A DNA stretch of 53,696 nucleotides from Bacillota bacterium (GTDB lineage Bacteria; Bacillota; Clostridia; Christensenellales; CAG-138). Under the pieces are notes generated by a model that was given only the letters and a program-made list of their open reading frames with translations, ran no database searches and was not told where the DNA came from. Position 1 is the stretch's first letter. Each line of letters opens with the position of its first letter. The stretch spans positions 1-53,696 of the forward strand of contig JAFABA010000121.1 of assembly GCA_023426265.1 (NCBI GenBank), given 5' to 3'. Shown in pieces: positions 17,750-25,959 of this stretch. Both the position numbers and the translations under genes were made by a program.

Positions 17750-17776
17750 TAAAGTCGCACGGCATTATGCCGATTA
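17750..17776 (+). promoter_or_regulatory. Sigma-28 (SigD/FliA)-type promoter of the fliD operon
   Basis: TAAA-N15-GCCGATTA, close to the consensus TAAA-N15-GCCGATAT, about 55 nt upstream of the fliD ATG. Confidence 0.65.
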
Positions 17777-17829
17777 AGTATGTAGCGTAAAATCGCAATT
17801 TTTAGGCCAAAGGTAAGGAGTGATACAGA

Positions 17830-19368
17830 ATGGCGACAAATGGAATCAACGCTAATTTGATCCGTTTGAATGGTCTTTCCTCGGGGCTCGATACCGAGGC
17901 GATTGTAACGAGCCTGTTGAAAATCGATCAACTGAAGGTAGATAAACAGTTCAAGCTGGCGGAAGAACTGGAGTGGAAGGGGGACGCCTACCGGGCGATT
18001 AACCTGAAGCTTAAGAGTTTTCGCGAGACATACATGACCACACAATTCCCGGCTACCAATATGTTCTCGTCCTCCGCTTACAACGCGTTCGCGGTGACGA
18101 TGGATACCCAGACCAGCGCGGTGAGCATCACGGCGGGCAGCAACGCTTCCGTGGGGCAGCTTACCATCGATAGCATTGAACGTCTTGCGACCGCGGCTAA
18201 GGTATCGAGCAGCGGGGAAATGTTCGACGCTACCAAAAACATCAACTCCACGCTGGAAGAGGCGTTTGGGAATATTGAGGATGTTTTTGTAGACGGCAAG
18301 ATTTCCTTCTCCATTAACGACAAAACGTTTACGTTTTCCAAGGACACGACCATCAGCAGCATGGTGAACAAAATCAATTCTTCGGATGCGGGCGTGACCG
18401 TGGGCTATTCCAGCTTAACGCGCAAGTTTACCATCACCAGCAAGGCCACCGGCACGGATGGCAAGATTGATATTAAAAATATCAGCGGCAAGGCCTTTGC
18501 GGAATCTGAGGAAACCGTGGGCGCATCGGCGTTTAAGATTGCCGTGGTGAACAAGACGGGAGATAATGCGAAGCTGACCATCGAAGGCGTACCGGTGGAG
18601 AGAACCTCCAATACGTTCACCATCGACGGCATCACCTATACACTGAAGGATCAATCGACCACCCCAATCAAGTTCAGCGTGGCGCGGGATGTGGACAGCG
18701 TATACAACAAGATCAAAGGCTTTATCGATGGATACAACTCTCTTATTGCAGAACTGCAGGCCAAGCTTGATGAGGAAGTCTATTCCGATTATGGACCGCT
18801 TACGGATGCGGAACGGGACGAGCTTTCCGAGACCCAGATTGCCCAGTGGGAAGAGAAGGCAAAGAGCGGCCTGCTGCGCAGCGACAGCGGAGTCCGTGCG
18901 CTGCTTCAGGATCTCAGGAGCGCGTTTTACAGCGTGGTGGAGGGAGCGGGCGGCAGCGCCGCAAGCATCGGCCTGGAGACCGGCTATATGTCGAAGACGG
19001 GCCAGATCGTGATCAACGAAGCCAAGCTCAAGAATGCGCTGGCCAACAACCCGGATCAGGTGGCGAACATATTCACCAAGGTGAACAAGGCCGAAGATGG
19101 GAGCACAAAATATAAAGAATCCGGCCTTGTGACGAGGATGTCGGGCATATTCAACTCCTATCTTACCAACAGCGTCGATACCACGTTGGAAACCAACGGA
19201 AGAGCGGTTACCGAAGCCAACAACAGGCTCGACCAGCTGGAAGATTGGCTGGCCAAGAACGAAGAAAAGTACTACGCAAGGTTCACCGCTATGGAGACGG
19301 CTTTGGCAAAGCTCAACAGCCAGACAAGCTGGATCAGCTCCCTGCTCGGATCCCAAGCTCAAGGTTAA
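17830..19368 (+). CDS. fliD: Flagellar filament cap protein FliD
   Basis: 512 aa. The N-terminus (GLSSGLDTEAIVTSLLKIDQLKVDK), the C-terminus (YYARFTAMETALAKLNSQTSWISS) and an AAGGAG RBS support the call. Confidence 0.9.
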   Translation: MATNGINANLIRLNGLSSGLDTEAIVTSLLKIDQLKVDKQFKLAEELEWKGDAYRAINLKLKSFRETYMTTQFPATNMFSSSAYNAFAVTMDTQTSAVSITAGSNASVGQLTIDSIERLATAAKVSSSGEMFDATKNINSTLEEAFGNIEDVFVDGKISFSINDKTFTFSKDTTISSMVNKINSSDAGVTVGYSSLTRKFTITSKATGTDGKIDIKNISGKAFAESEETVGASAFKIAVVNKTGDNAKLTIEGVPVERTSNTFTIDGITYTLKDQSTTPIKFSVARDVDSVYNKIKGFIDGYNSLIAELQAKLDEEVYSDYGPLTDAERDELSETQIAQWEEKAKSGLLRSDSGVRALLQDLRSAFYSVVEGAGGSAASIGLETGYMSKTGQIVINEAKLKNALANNPDQVANIFTKVNKAEDGSTKYKESGLVTRMSGIFNSYLTNSVDTTLETNGRAVTEANNRLDQLEDWLAKNEEKYYARFTAMETALAKLNSQTSWISSLLGSQAQG

Positions 19369-19421
19369 AACATTCTGATTTTCAAAATAAGCAACGGTAT
19401 CAGGTTTTTGGGAGGAACTAT

Positions 19422-19820
19422 ATGTACGCAATGAACAATGCGTTCCAAAAGTACAAGCAGCAGGGCGTTTTAACCGCAAACCCGGTAGAATTGGTCGTCA
19501 TGCTGTATGACGGCTGCATCAAGCAAATCAAGATCGCGTGTCTCTCCATCGAAGAAAAGGATTTTGAAAAAGCGAACGACAGCCTGCAAAAGGCCCAGCG
19601 TATCCTGATGGAGCTGATCAACAGTCTGGATCTGCGCTATTCCATCGGAAACGATCTTTTCGCGCTCTATGAGTTCATGCTCAACGAACTTGCGCAGGGC
19701 AACGCGAACAAAGATATAAAGGCCCTCTCCGATATCGTGAGGCTCCTTTCGGAGCTTCGGGACTCCTGGGCCACGCTTTCGAAAAACGGCGTGGGCTCCG
19801 TTGCGCAAATGGGGGAATAA
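19422..19820 (+). CDS. fliS: Flagellin-specific chaperone FliS
   Basis: MYAMNNAFQKYKQQGVLTANPVELVVMLYDGCIK...LDLRYSIGNDLFALYEFM is classic FliS. A GGAGGA RBS is present. The track ORF from 19245 is over-extended. Confidence 0.9.
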   Translation: MYAMNNAFQKYKQQGVLTANPVELVVMLYDGCIKQIKIACLSIEEKDFEKANDSLQKAQRILMELINSLDLRYSIGNDLFALYEFMLNELAQGNANKDIKALSDIVRLLSELRDSWATLSKNGVGSVAQMGE

Positions 19821-19823
19821 AAA

Positions 19824-20216
19824 ATGGCCGCTTCCGATCATCCAACCGAATATGTGCAGCAGAAACAGCAGATGATTGAACGCATGCTCATACTCGCGAA
19901 AGCGCAGCTGAGCTGCTTGGAAGAGAGCCGCGAGGAAGAGCTTGCGGCGGTTTTGGATGAAAGCGAAGCGCTGCGGGCGCAGATCGACGCATTGGATGCG
20001 CGCTATGGTCTGGGTAAAAAAGTCCTTTCCGAAGAAATGAGGGAGGCGCTTGAGGAAATCAGGCGTCTGGACGAACAGTGCGCGGCATATGTGGAGGAAC
20101 GTCTGCTGTTTTACAAGGCGGAGTTGAAAAACATCCGCCAATCCAGCAAGAATATGCAGCGGTATGTCAGCCCGTACACGGTGGCGGATAGCCTGTTTAT
20201 TGATATGCGGAAATGA
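19824..20216 (+). CDS. Small helical protein in the FliT position (putative flagellar chaperone)
   Basis: 130 aa, predicted all-helical and acidic. It sits directly after fliD-fliS as fliT does in Bacillus. No diagnostic motif was recognised. Confidence 0.35.
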   Translation: MAASDHPTEYVQQKQQMIERMLILAKAQLSCLEESREEELAAVLDESEALRAQIDALDARYGLGKKVLSEEMREALEEIRRLDEQCAAYVEERLLFYKAELKNIRQSSKNMQRYVSPYTVADSLFIDMRK

Positions 20217-20254
20217 CCCGCGCTTATAGCGCGAAGGATTTTGGAGGAAACGCC

Positions 20255-20746
20255 ATGTCGTTGTTGGAACGGGATTTGTTTGAAGATATGGACGATACGC
20301 AGCAAAGCCGATACCTTACGTTCGGCCTTGGCGAGGAAGTCTACGGCCTGGATATCGGCTGCGTAACCGAAATCATAGGCCTTATGCCCATTTCTCCCTT
20401 GCCCGAGATGCCGGCGTTCGTCAGGGGCGTCATCAATCTGCGCGGCAAGGTCATTCCCGTAATGGATCTCAGGCTGCGCTTTAAAATGCCGGTGATCGAA
20501 TACGGAGAGCGGGCCTGCATCGTTATCATAGACAACGGGAACCTCAATGCGGGGCTGATCGTGGAACACGTGGCCGACGTCGTTCACATAGAAGAAGCGG
20601 ATATCGTGCCGCCGCCAACATTTGACGGGCTCCCGCAGAACCGCTGCGTGAGCGGCATCGCAAAATCAGACGGCAACGTCAAACTGCTGCTGGATTGCAC
20701 CAAGCTGCTTAAGCCCGAAGAAGAGGAACTTTTATTGGACCTTTAA
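20255..20746 (+). CDS. cheW: Chemotaxis coupling protein CheW (copy 1)
   Basis: RYLTFGLGEEVYGLDIGCVTEII...VRGVINLRGKVIPVMDLRLRF is a CheW-like domain. A GGAGGA RBS precedes the ATG at 20255. Confidence 0.9.
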   Translation: MSLLERDLFEDMDDTQQSRYLTFGLGEEVYGLDIGCVTEIIGLMPISPLPEMPAFVRGVINLRGKVIPVMDLRLRFKMPVIEYGERACIVIIDNGNLNAGLIVEHVADVVHIEEADIVPPPTFDGLPQNRCVSGIAKSDGNVKLLLDCTKLLKPEEEELLLDL

Positions 20747-20826
20747 CGCCCGGCAAACGGTTTGGCCGTTGAGGAGAACTCCCCCATAGACCTTTGACGC
20801 TTATTTATTAGGAAAGAGGATTGGCC

Positions 20827-21276
20827 GTGAGAATTAAGGAAACGTCAACGGTATTCGCGAATGCCCAGGCGGTCGGCACATCGGAAAAAAAGGTGGCGTC
20901 CGGGTTTGCGCGCGAATTCTCCCGCCAAAAGCATGACTCGGATACCGCGGAGTATGAGCAGTACCTCAAAGCGCTCAAAGGGAAGATACTCGATCAGGGC
21001 GAAATCGTCGGCAAAAAGGCGGATATCGCGGAGTTTTATAAATACCGGGCGTTGATCAGCGAGCTGCTCAACGAAACCGTCAGCAACGCGTACCTGTTCA
21101 GCAAGACCAGCCAGTTTGACCAAAGAGGCCGCCATAAGGTGTTTGCGCTCATCCGAAAAGTCAACGGCAAGCTGGACGAGCTTGCGGCGGAGATTTTAAA
21201 GAACGAGGCCGAAAATATCCGGCTTTTGAGCATTGTGGACGATATTCGGGGCCTGATTGTGGATTTGTATTATTAA
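20827..21276 (+). CDS. YaaR/DUF327 family protein
   Basis: About 150 aa. The pattern ...LDELAAEILKNEAENIRLLSIVDDIRGLIVDLYY and the preceding helical region resemble DUF327 proteins, which are often seen in flagellar loci. The start is GTG 20827 or TTG 20821. Confidence 0.5.
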   Translation: MRIKETSTVFANAQAVGTSEKKVASGFAREFSRQKHDSDTAEYEQYLKALKGKILDQGEIVGKKADIAEFYKYRALISELLNETVSNAYLFSKTSQFDQRGRHKVFALIRKVNGKLDELAAEILKNEAENIRLLSIVDDIRGLIVDLYY

Positions 21277-21319
21277 GACATAGTATGTGGTGAGCTTAAT
21301 AGCGAAAGGGGAACGGTCC

Positions 21320-21781
21320 ATGGCCTTTATGCAGAACAACGCGGTGGCGGAAGCGGAAGATACGCAGCAAAACCGGTACTTAACCTTTCTGTTGGGGGAG
21401 GAAGTATACGGCATTGCCATAGGCAACGTGATAGAAATCATCGGTGTACTGCCTGTAACGCCGCTGCCCGGCGCGCCGGATTATCTCAAAGGCATTATGA
21501 ATTTGCGGGGAAAGATTGTCCCCGTTATCGACGTGCGGTTAAAGTTCAAAAAACCCGCCGTAGAATATACCGAACGCACCTGCATTGTGGTGGTGGAAGT
21601 GCAGGAGATGACCGTAGGGCTTCTGATTGATGAAGTTTCCGAAGTGCTCACGATAGACGCGCAGGACGTCGTGCCTCCGCCTTCCATGAAGGACGTGCAC
21701 TCCAAATACATCAGCGGCATCAGCAGGACGGATGAAAAGGTGAAGATGCTGCTCGACTGCGCCGCTTTGCTTTACGAGTAA
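21320..21781 (+). CDS. cheW: Chemotaxis coupling protein CheW (copy 2)
   Basis: RYLTFLLGEEVYGIAIGNVIEII...LKGIMNLRGKIVPVIDVRLKF is clearly paralogous to copy 1. Confidence 0.9.
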   Translation: MAFMQNNAVAEAEDTQQNRYLTFLLGEEVYGIAIGNVIEIIGVLPVTPLPGAPDYLKGIMNLRGKIVPVIDVRLKFKKPAVEYTERTCIVVVEVQEMTVGLLIDEVSEVLTIDAQDVVPPPSMKDVHSKYISGISRTDEKVKMLLDCAALLYE

Positions 21782-21805
21782 AACAGTTTTAACAAGGATA
21801 ATTCG

Positions 21806-21836
21806 AGGCGTGCCCGTTTTTCGGGCACGCCTTTTG
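21806..21836 (+). terminator. Rho-independent terminator ending the fliD...cheW operon
   Basis: Stem GGCGTGCCCG / CGGGCACGCC with a T-rich loop, followed by TTTTG. Confidence 0.8.
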
Positions 21837-21850
21837 CCTGTGAAGTCATG

Positions 21851-21877
21851 TTATGTTTCCAAGAAAAATGACGATAT
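21851..21877 (+). promoter_or_regulatory. Candidate sigma-28-type promoter of cheR-cheB
   Basis: TTAT-N15-GACGATAT. It contains the same 15-mer AAATGACGATATATA (21866-21880) found upstream of cheC. Confidence 0.4.
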
Positions 21878-21932
21878 ATACAAGTAAGCCCTGACTGTCT
21901 TTTTAAAGAAAGCCACAACAAAGGACGTTTTT

Positions 21933-22772
21933 ATGGAAAGTTACGTACAAAATCGCGATCTTATCAAGCTGAGCGATCAGGAGTTTCTGACGCTTACGGA
22001 GTATTTAAAGCGGGATTACGGCATCAATCTCACAAAAAAACGCACCCTCATCGAAGGGCGCATGAACCAATACCTGACGAAAAACGGTTACCATAGCTAT
22101 TCGGCCTACTTTAAGGTGCTATTTCAGGATACGACCGGCACGGAAATCACCAACGTCATCAACGCCCTTACCACCAACTATTCTTACTTCATGCGGGAAT
22201 GGGCGCATTTCGATTTTTACAGGCAGACCGTACTGCCGGGATTAAAAGAGAACGTGGGGGATCACGACATCCGCGTCTGGAGCGCGGGCTGCTCCACCGG
22301 GCAGGAGCCGTATACCCTCGCCATGCTCAACGACGAGTTTTTTGGCGCGGAAGGCGCCATGTGGGACAAGCGGATTTTAGCGACGGACATCTCCCAGAAG
22401 GTGCTCGACGCGGCCCAACAGGGCATATACAGCGCGGAGGATGCGGGCAATATCCCCGGCCACTGGCGTATACGGTATTTTGAGCCCAAAGCCGACGGTA
22501 AACTCATGGTAAAGCAGGAATTGAGAAAAGAAGTCATATTCCGCAAATTCAACCTCATGGAGCAGACGTTTCCCTTCAAGAAAAAGTTCCATGTGATATT
22601 CTGCCGCAACGTTATGATTTATTTTGACGCGAAAACAAAGGTGGAGCTGGTGAACCGCTTCTGTAACGCGTTGTGCGACGGAGGCTACCTGATTGTAGGC
22701 CATTCGGAATCGGTGGACAGGGCCTCGACGGGTCTTCATTATGTGATGCCCTCAGTCTACAGGAAGGGCTAA
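21933..22772 (+). CDS. cheR: Chemotaxis protein methyltransferase CheR
   Basis: 279 aa. It has an N-terminal helical CheR_N region, TNYSYFMRE, and the SAM site IRVWSAGCSTGQEPYTLAM. Confidence 0.9.
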   Translation: MESYVQNRDLIKLSDQEFLTLTEYLKRDYGINLTKKRTLIEGRMNQYLTKNGYHSYSAYFKVLFQDTTGTEITNVINALTTNYSYFMREWAHFDFYRQTVLPGLKENVGDHDIRVWSAGCSTGQEPYTLAMLNDEFFGAEGAMWDKRILATDISQKVLDAAQQGIYSAEDAGNIPGHWRIRYFEPKADGKLMVKQELRKEVIFRKFNLMEQTFPFKKKFHVIFCRNVMIYFDAKTKVELVNRFCNALCDGGYLIVGHSESVDRASTGLHYVMPSVYRKG

Positions 22773-22777
22773 AGAGT

Positions 22778-23827
22778 ATGGCATTGAAGAAAACGCGCGT
22801 CCTGATCGTGGACGATTCTCTTTTCATGCGCCAGTTTATCAGCACCAGTATTTCCAAAGACGCTGGGATAGAGGTGGTGGGGGAGGCAGCCAACCCGTTT
22901 GAGGCCAGGGACAAGATACTCGAGCTAAAGCCCGACGTCATGACGCTGGACGTGGATATGCCCAAGATGAACGGCCTGGAATTTTTGAAAAAGCTGATGC
23001 CGCAGTATCCGCTGCCGGTGCTTGTGGTCAGCTCCACGCCAACCATGGTGTTGGACGCCATGCAGGCTGGCGCTGTGGATTTTGTAGCAAAACCCGTCAC
23101 CATGGATGAGGGGGACCGCAACGCGTTTATTTCCGAGCTTGTCATCAAGATCAAGATCGCTTCCATTTCCAAGGTGGGCCAGTTCAAGCGCAAAAAGAAC
23201 CTTGCGGCGCTTACGGAAAGGTCGAGCGGGACAGCCGTGAACGAAAGCCTGCTGGTAGCCATCGGCGCTTCCACCGGCGGTACGGAGGCCACGGCGACCA
23301 TATTGAACAGCCTCAAAAGCTTCTCGGCGGGCATCGTGGTGGTGCAGCATATGCCGCCTGTGTTTACCAGAATGTATGCGGAAAGGTTGAACAATACCTG
23401 CGCGCTGGAGGTAAAGGAGGCCGAGGACGGGGATGTTGTGCTGCCGGGCCGTGTGCTTATCGCCCCGGGCGATTTCCAGATGGAAGTGGAGCGGTCCGCA
23501 AAAGGGTACCGCATAAAGAGCTATAAGGGCGAAAAGGTCAGCGGGCATTGCCCTTCGGTGGACGTGCTCTTTGAGTCGGTGGCCAAAGCGGCGGGAGCGA
23601 ACGCGCTCGGCATAATCCTCACCGGCATGGGAAGCGACGGCGCAAAAGGACTCTTGAGCATGCGCAAAAGAGGCGCGTTTACCATCGGGCAGAACAAGGA
23701 AACCTGCGTGGTTTACGGCATGCCGATGGTAGCGAACAACGTCGGCGCCGTACAGGAGGAACTGCCCCTTTCGGAGATTTCCTCCCGTATGTGCCGCTGG
23801 CATGACGAGATGACAGGTGGAAAATAA
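22778..23827 (+). CDS. cheB: Chemotaxis response regulator protein-glutamate methylesterase CheB
   Basis: It has a receiver domain (KTRVLIVDDSLFMR...DVMTLDVDMPKMNG) and an esterase domain (IGASTGGTEA, VVQHMP, GMGSDGA). The track ORF from 22673 is over-extended. Confidence 0.9.
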   Translation: MALKKTRVLIVDDSLFMRQFISTSISKDAGIEVVGEAANPFEARDKILELKPDVMTLDVDMPKMNGLEFLKKLMPQYPLPVLVVSSTPTMVLDAMQAGAVDFVAKPVTMDEGDRNAFISELVIKIKIASISKVGQFKRKKNLAALTERSSGTAVNESLLVAIGASTGGTEATATILNSLKSFSAGIVVVQHMPPVFTRMYAERLNNTCALEVKEAEDGDVVLPGRVLIAPGDFQMEVERSAKGYRIKSYKGEKVSGHCPSVDVLFESVAKAAGANALGIILTGMGSDGAKGLLSMRKRGAFTIGQNKETCVVYGMPMVANNVGAVQEELPLSEISSRMCRWHDEMTGGK

Positions 23828-23951
23828 ACCCTACTTTGTTTTGGCTGTAAATTCAAGCTCTGGAACCGGTACAGATACATGCGTTTTGTGGAAATATTCG
23901 ACGAAATGTACGTGTTTTAGCTCAGAAGCGCGTAAAAATATGAACAAATTG

Positions 23952-23981
23952 TTGAATGCGCGCGATTTGTTATGCTATACT
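23952..23981 (+). promoter_or_regulatory. Candidate sigma-A type promoter of the SLT-flgB...fliA operon
   Basis: TTGAAT (23952-23957), an 18-nt spacer, then TATACT (23976-23981), 27 nt before the ATG at 24008. Confidence 0.45.
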
Positions 23982-24007
23982 CATTATGTATAAGAAGGGT
24001 TTGCTGT

Positions 24008-24607
24008 ATGGAAACGGTTAAGGATATATATTTAGCCAAATTGCAGCAGGTGCAATCCGCTCTCAATGCCAGCGCGGCAAAGGCGGGTTTTACCGCTCCA
24101 CGTTTTTCCAGCCTGCTTGCGGGCACGCTGGCCGCGCAGACCCAAATCCAGGCGCAAATACAGCCTGCGGCTGTGCAGAGCGCTTCCTCCTACGATGGGC
24201 TCATCAAGAGCGCGGCGCAGGAGAACGGGCTGGATGAAGCCCTGATCAAAGCCGTCATACAGGCGGAATCAAGCTATCGCACGGACGCGGTGTCTTCCGC
24301 CGGCGCGGAAGGGCTCATGCAGTTGATGCCGGGAACGGCGGCGTCGCTGGGCGTAACAAACTCCTTTGACCCCGCGCAGAATATCAGCGGCGGGAGCAAG
24401 TACTTAAAAAACCTGATCGACCGGTTTGGAGATCTGCGCCTTGCTTTGGCGGCCTACAATACGGGCCCAAGCCGGATATCGGGGCTGAACATCGCCGATC
24501 CGGACGACGCCTCCGAATACGCAAAAATTAACGAGCGCGTACGGGGTTATGTTTCCAAGGTACTATCCAACTACGAGGCGTATCGTTCCCAGGAAGGAGT
24601 GGTTTGA
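24008..24607 (+). CDS. Lytic transglycosylase (SLT domain) protein, flagellar-operon associated
   Basis: IKAVIQAESSYRTDAVSSAGAEGLMQLMPGTA...AYNTGP is the SLT catalytic Glu-Ser and AYNxG motifs. The N-terminus has no obvious Sec signal. It lies immediately upstream of flgB. Confidence 0.8.
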   Translation: METVKDIYLAKLQQVQSALNASAAKAGFTAPRFSSLLAGTLAAQTQIQAQIQPAAVQSASSYDGLIKSAAQENGLDEALIKAVIQAESSYRTDAVSSAGAEGLMQLMPGTAASLGVTNSFDPAQNISGGSKYLKNLIDRFGDLRLALAAYNTGPSRISGLNIADPDDASEYAKINERVRGYVSKVLSNYEAYRSQEGVV

Positions 24608-24609
24608 GC

Positions 24610-25185
24610 ATGATATCGAAAATGTTTCATAACATTGACCTCCTGCAAAAGGGCATGGATGCGGCTTGGCTCCGCAACGAAGTCGTCACCAACAATATCG
24701 CCAACGCGGAAACGCCCAACTTCAAAAGCTCCAGTGTCGCGTTTGAGACCATGTTCAAAAAGGCGATCGAGGATCAGGCGCAAATACAATCCTCCGCAGG
24801 CGACGAGCCTGCGCGGCAGGACGCGTTTTCAAACGATATCCCGTCCCATTACGAAAACAAGCGCACGCGGGACAAGCATATCGTATTCTCCCAAAATGAG
24901 GATATCGTGGATGCCGGAAACGGCTTAGATCAGGACTTTTCAAATACGCGCACCCGGGGCAGCCACTTCGATTTTGACGGCTCCAATGAAGTGCAGAACT
25001 TGGCGGACGTTTCACCCGTGGTTTCCCAAAACGACGATCTTACCATGCGCATGGACGGCAACAATGTGGACGTCGAAGCCGAAAACGTTGCCCTCGCGCG
25101 CAACACCATTTACTATTACACCTTGACCGAACAGATGAACAGCGAGTTTGCGCGCCTTGGCATGGCAATCAGGGAGGGGAAGTAG
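24610..25185 (+). CDS. flgB: Flagellar basal-body rod protein FlgB (with long internal insertion)
   Basis: N-terminal NNIANAETPNFK and C-terminal DGNNVDVEAENVALARNTIYY are FlgB hallmarks. It is about 190 aa versus the roughly 130 aa that is usual. The start is ATG 24610 or TTG 24604. Confidence 0.85.
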   Translation: MISKMFHNIDLLQKGMDAAWLRNEVVTNNIANAETPNFKSSSVAFETMFKKAIEDQAQIQSSAGDEPARQDAFSNDIPSHYENKRTRDKHIVFSQNEDIVDAGNGLDQDFSNTRTRGSHFDFDGSNEVQNLADVSPVVSQNDDLTMRMDGNNVDVEAENVALARNTIYYYTLTEQMNSEFARLGMAIREGK

Positions 25186-25188
25186 CGT

Positions 25189-25641
25189 ATGGCATTTTTA
25201 AGCTCACTCGATATCAGCGGTTCCGCGCTCACGGCCCAGCGGCTCAGGATGGACGTCATCAGCCAGAATATCGCGAACGCCAGCACGACCAGGACCGAAA
25301 ACGGGGAGCCGTACCGCCGCAGGGCCGTCGTGTTTTCCGAGCGCCCCGGCGACGCCGGGTTTGCCTCGTTCCTGAATAGGGCGAGGGAAGGCCAAAAAGA
25401 GCAGTCTCCCGGCCGCGGCGTGGTGGTATCCTCCATTGCGACGGACATGTCGGATTTTAAAACCGAATACGATCCCACACATCCCGACGCGGATGCAAAC
25501 GGATATGTGCGCTACCCCAACGTAAACGAAGTGACGGAAATGGTGGATATGATGGCGGCGACGCGGGCGTATGAAGCCAACATCACTGCGCTCAACGCCA
25601 CCAAGAACATGGCGTTAAAGGCGCTTGAGATCGGCCGTTAA
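25189..25641 (+). CDS. flgC: Flagellar basal-body rod protein FlgC
   Basis: LDISGSALTAQRLRMDVISQNIANASTTRT...YPNVNEVTEMVDMMAATRAYEANI. Confidence 0.95.
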   Translation: MAFLSSLDISGSALTAQRLRMDVISQNIANASTTRTENGEPYRRRAVVFSERPGDAGFASFLNRAREGQKEQSPGRGVVVSSIATDMSDFKTEYDPTHPDADANGYVRYPNVNEVTEMVDMMAATRAYEANITALNATKNMALKALEIGR

Positions 25642-25662
25642 GGCTGAGGAAAAGAGGGCACC

Positions 25663-25956
25663 ATGCAGATTCAGCAGCTTTCCAATATCGTGGCCCAGAC
25701 GGGGCAGCAGGCTTCCTCCGCTGCAAAGCCGGAGGGTGCGGCCTTTACGGATATCCTGAGCAACGCCATGCAGGAGGCGCAGGCGGCGGACACCGCCGTG
25801 CAGGCAGACACATTGCGCCTGCTTTCGGGAGATATTACGGATATCCATACCGCCACCATACAGGCGCAGAAGGCGGAGCTTTCCCTGAACCTCGCCATAC
25901 AGATCCGCAACAAGGTGATAGACGCCTACAACGAAGTCATGCGCATGCAGGTGTAA
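25663..25956 (+). CDS. fliE: Flagellar hook-basal body complex protein FliE
   Basis: 97 aa. FTDILSNAM...HTATIQAQKAELSLNLAIQIRNKVIDAYNEVMRMQV. Confidence 0.9.
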   Translation: MQIQQLSNIVAQTGQQASSAAKPEGAAFTDILSNAMQEAQAADTAVQADTLRLLSGDITDIHTATIQAQKAELSLNLAIQIRNKVIDAYNEVMRMQV

Positions 25957-25959
25957 GAA

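Noticed and set aside
23828-24007. Possible c-di-GMP riboswitch upstream of the flgB operon, as in Clostridioides difficile.
   Set aside because: The candidate promoter -10 is only 27 nt from the start codon, leaving no room for an aptamer. I saw no GEMM-like conserved segments in the 180-nt spacer.
23917-24126. A 69-aa minus-strand ORF overlapping the SLT gene start and its promoter.
   Set aside because: It has no RBS and is antisense to a supported gene start and promoter. Its composition is uninformative.
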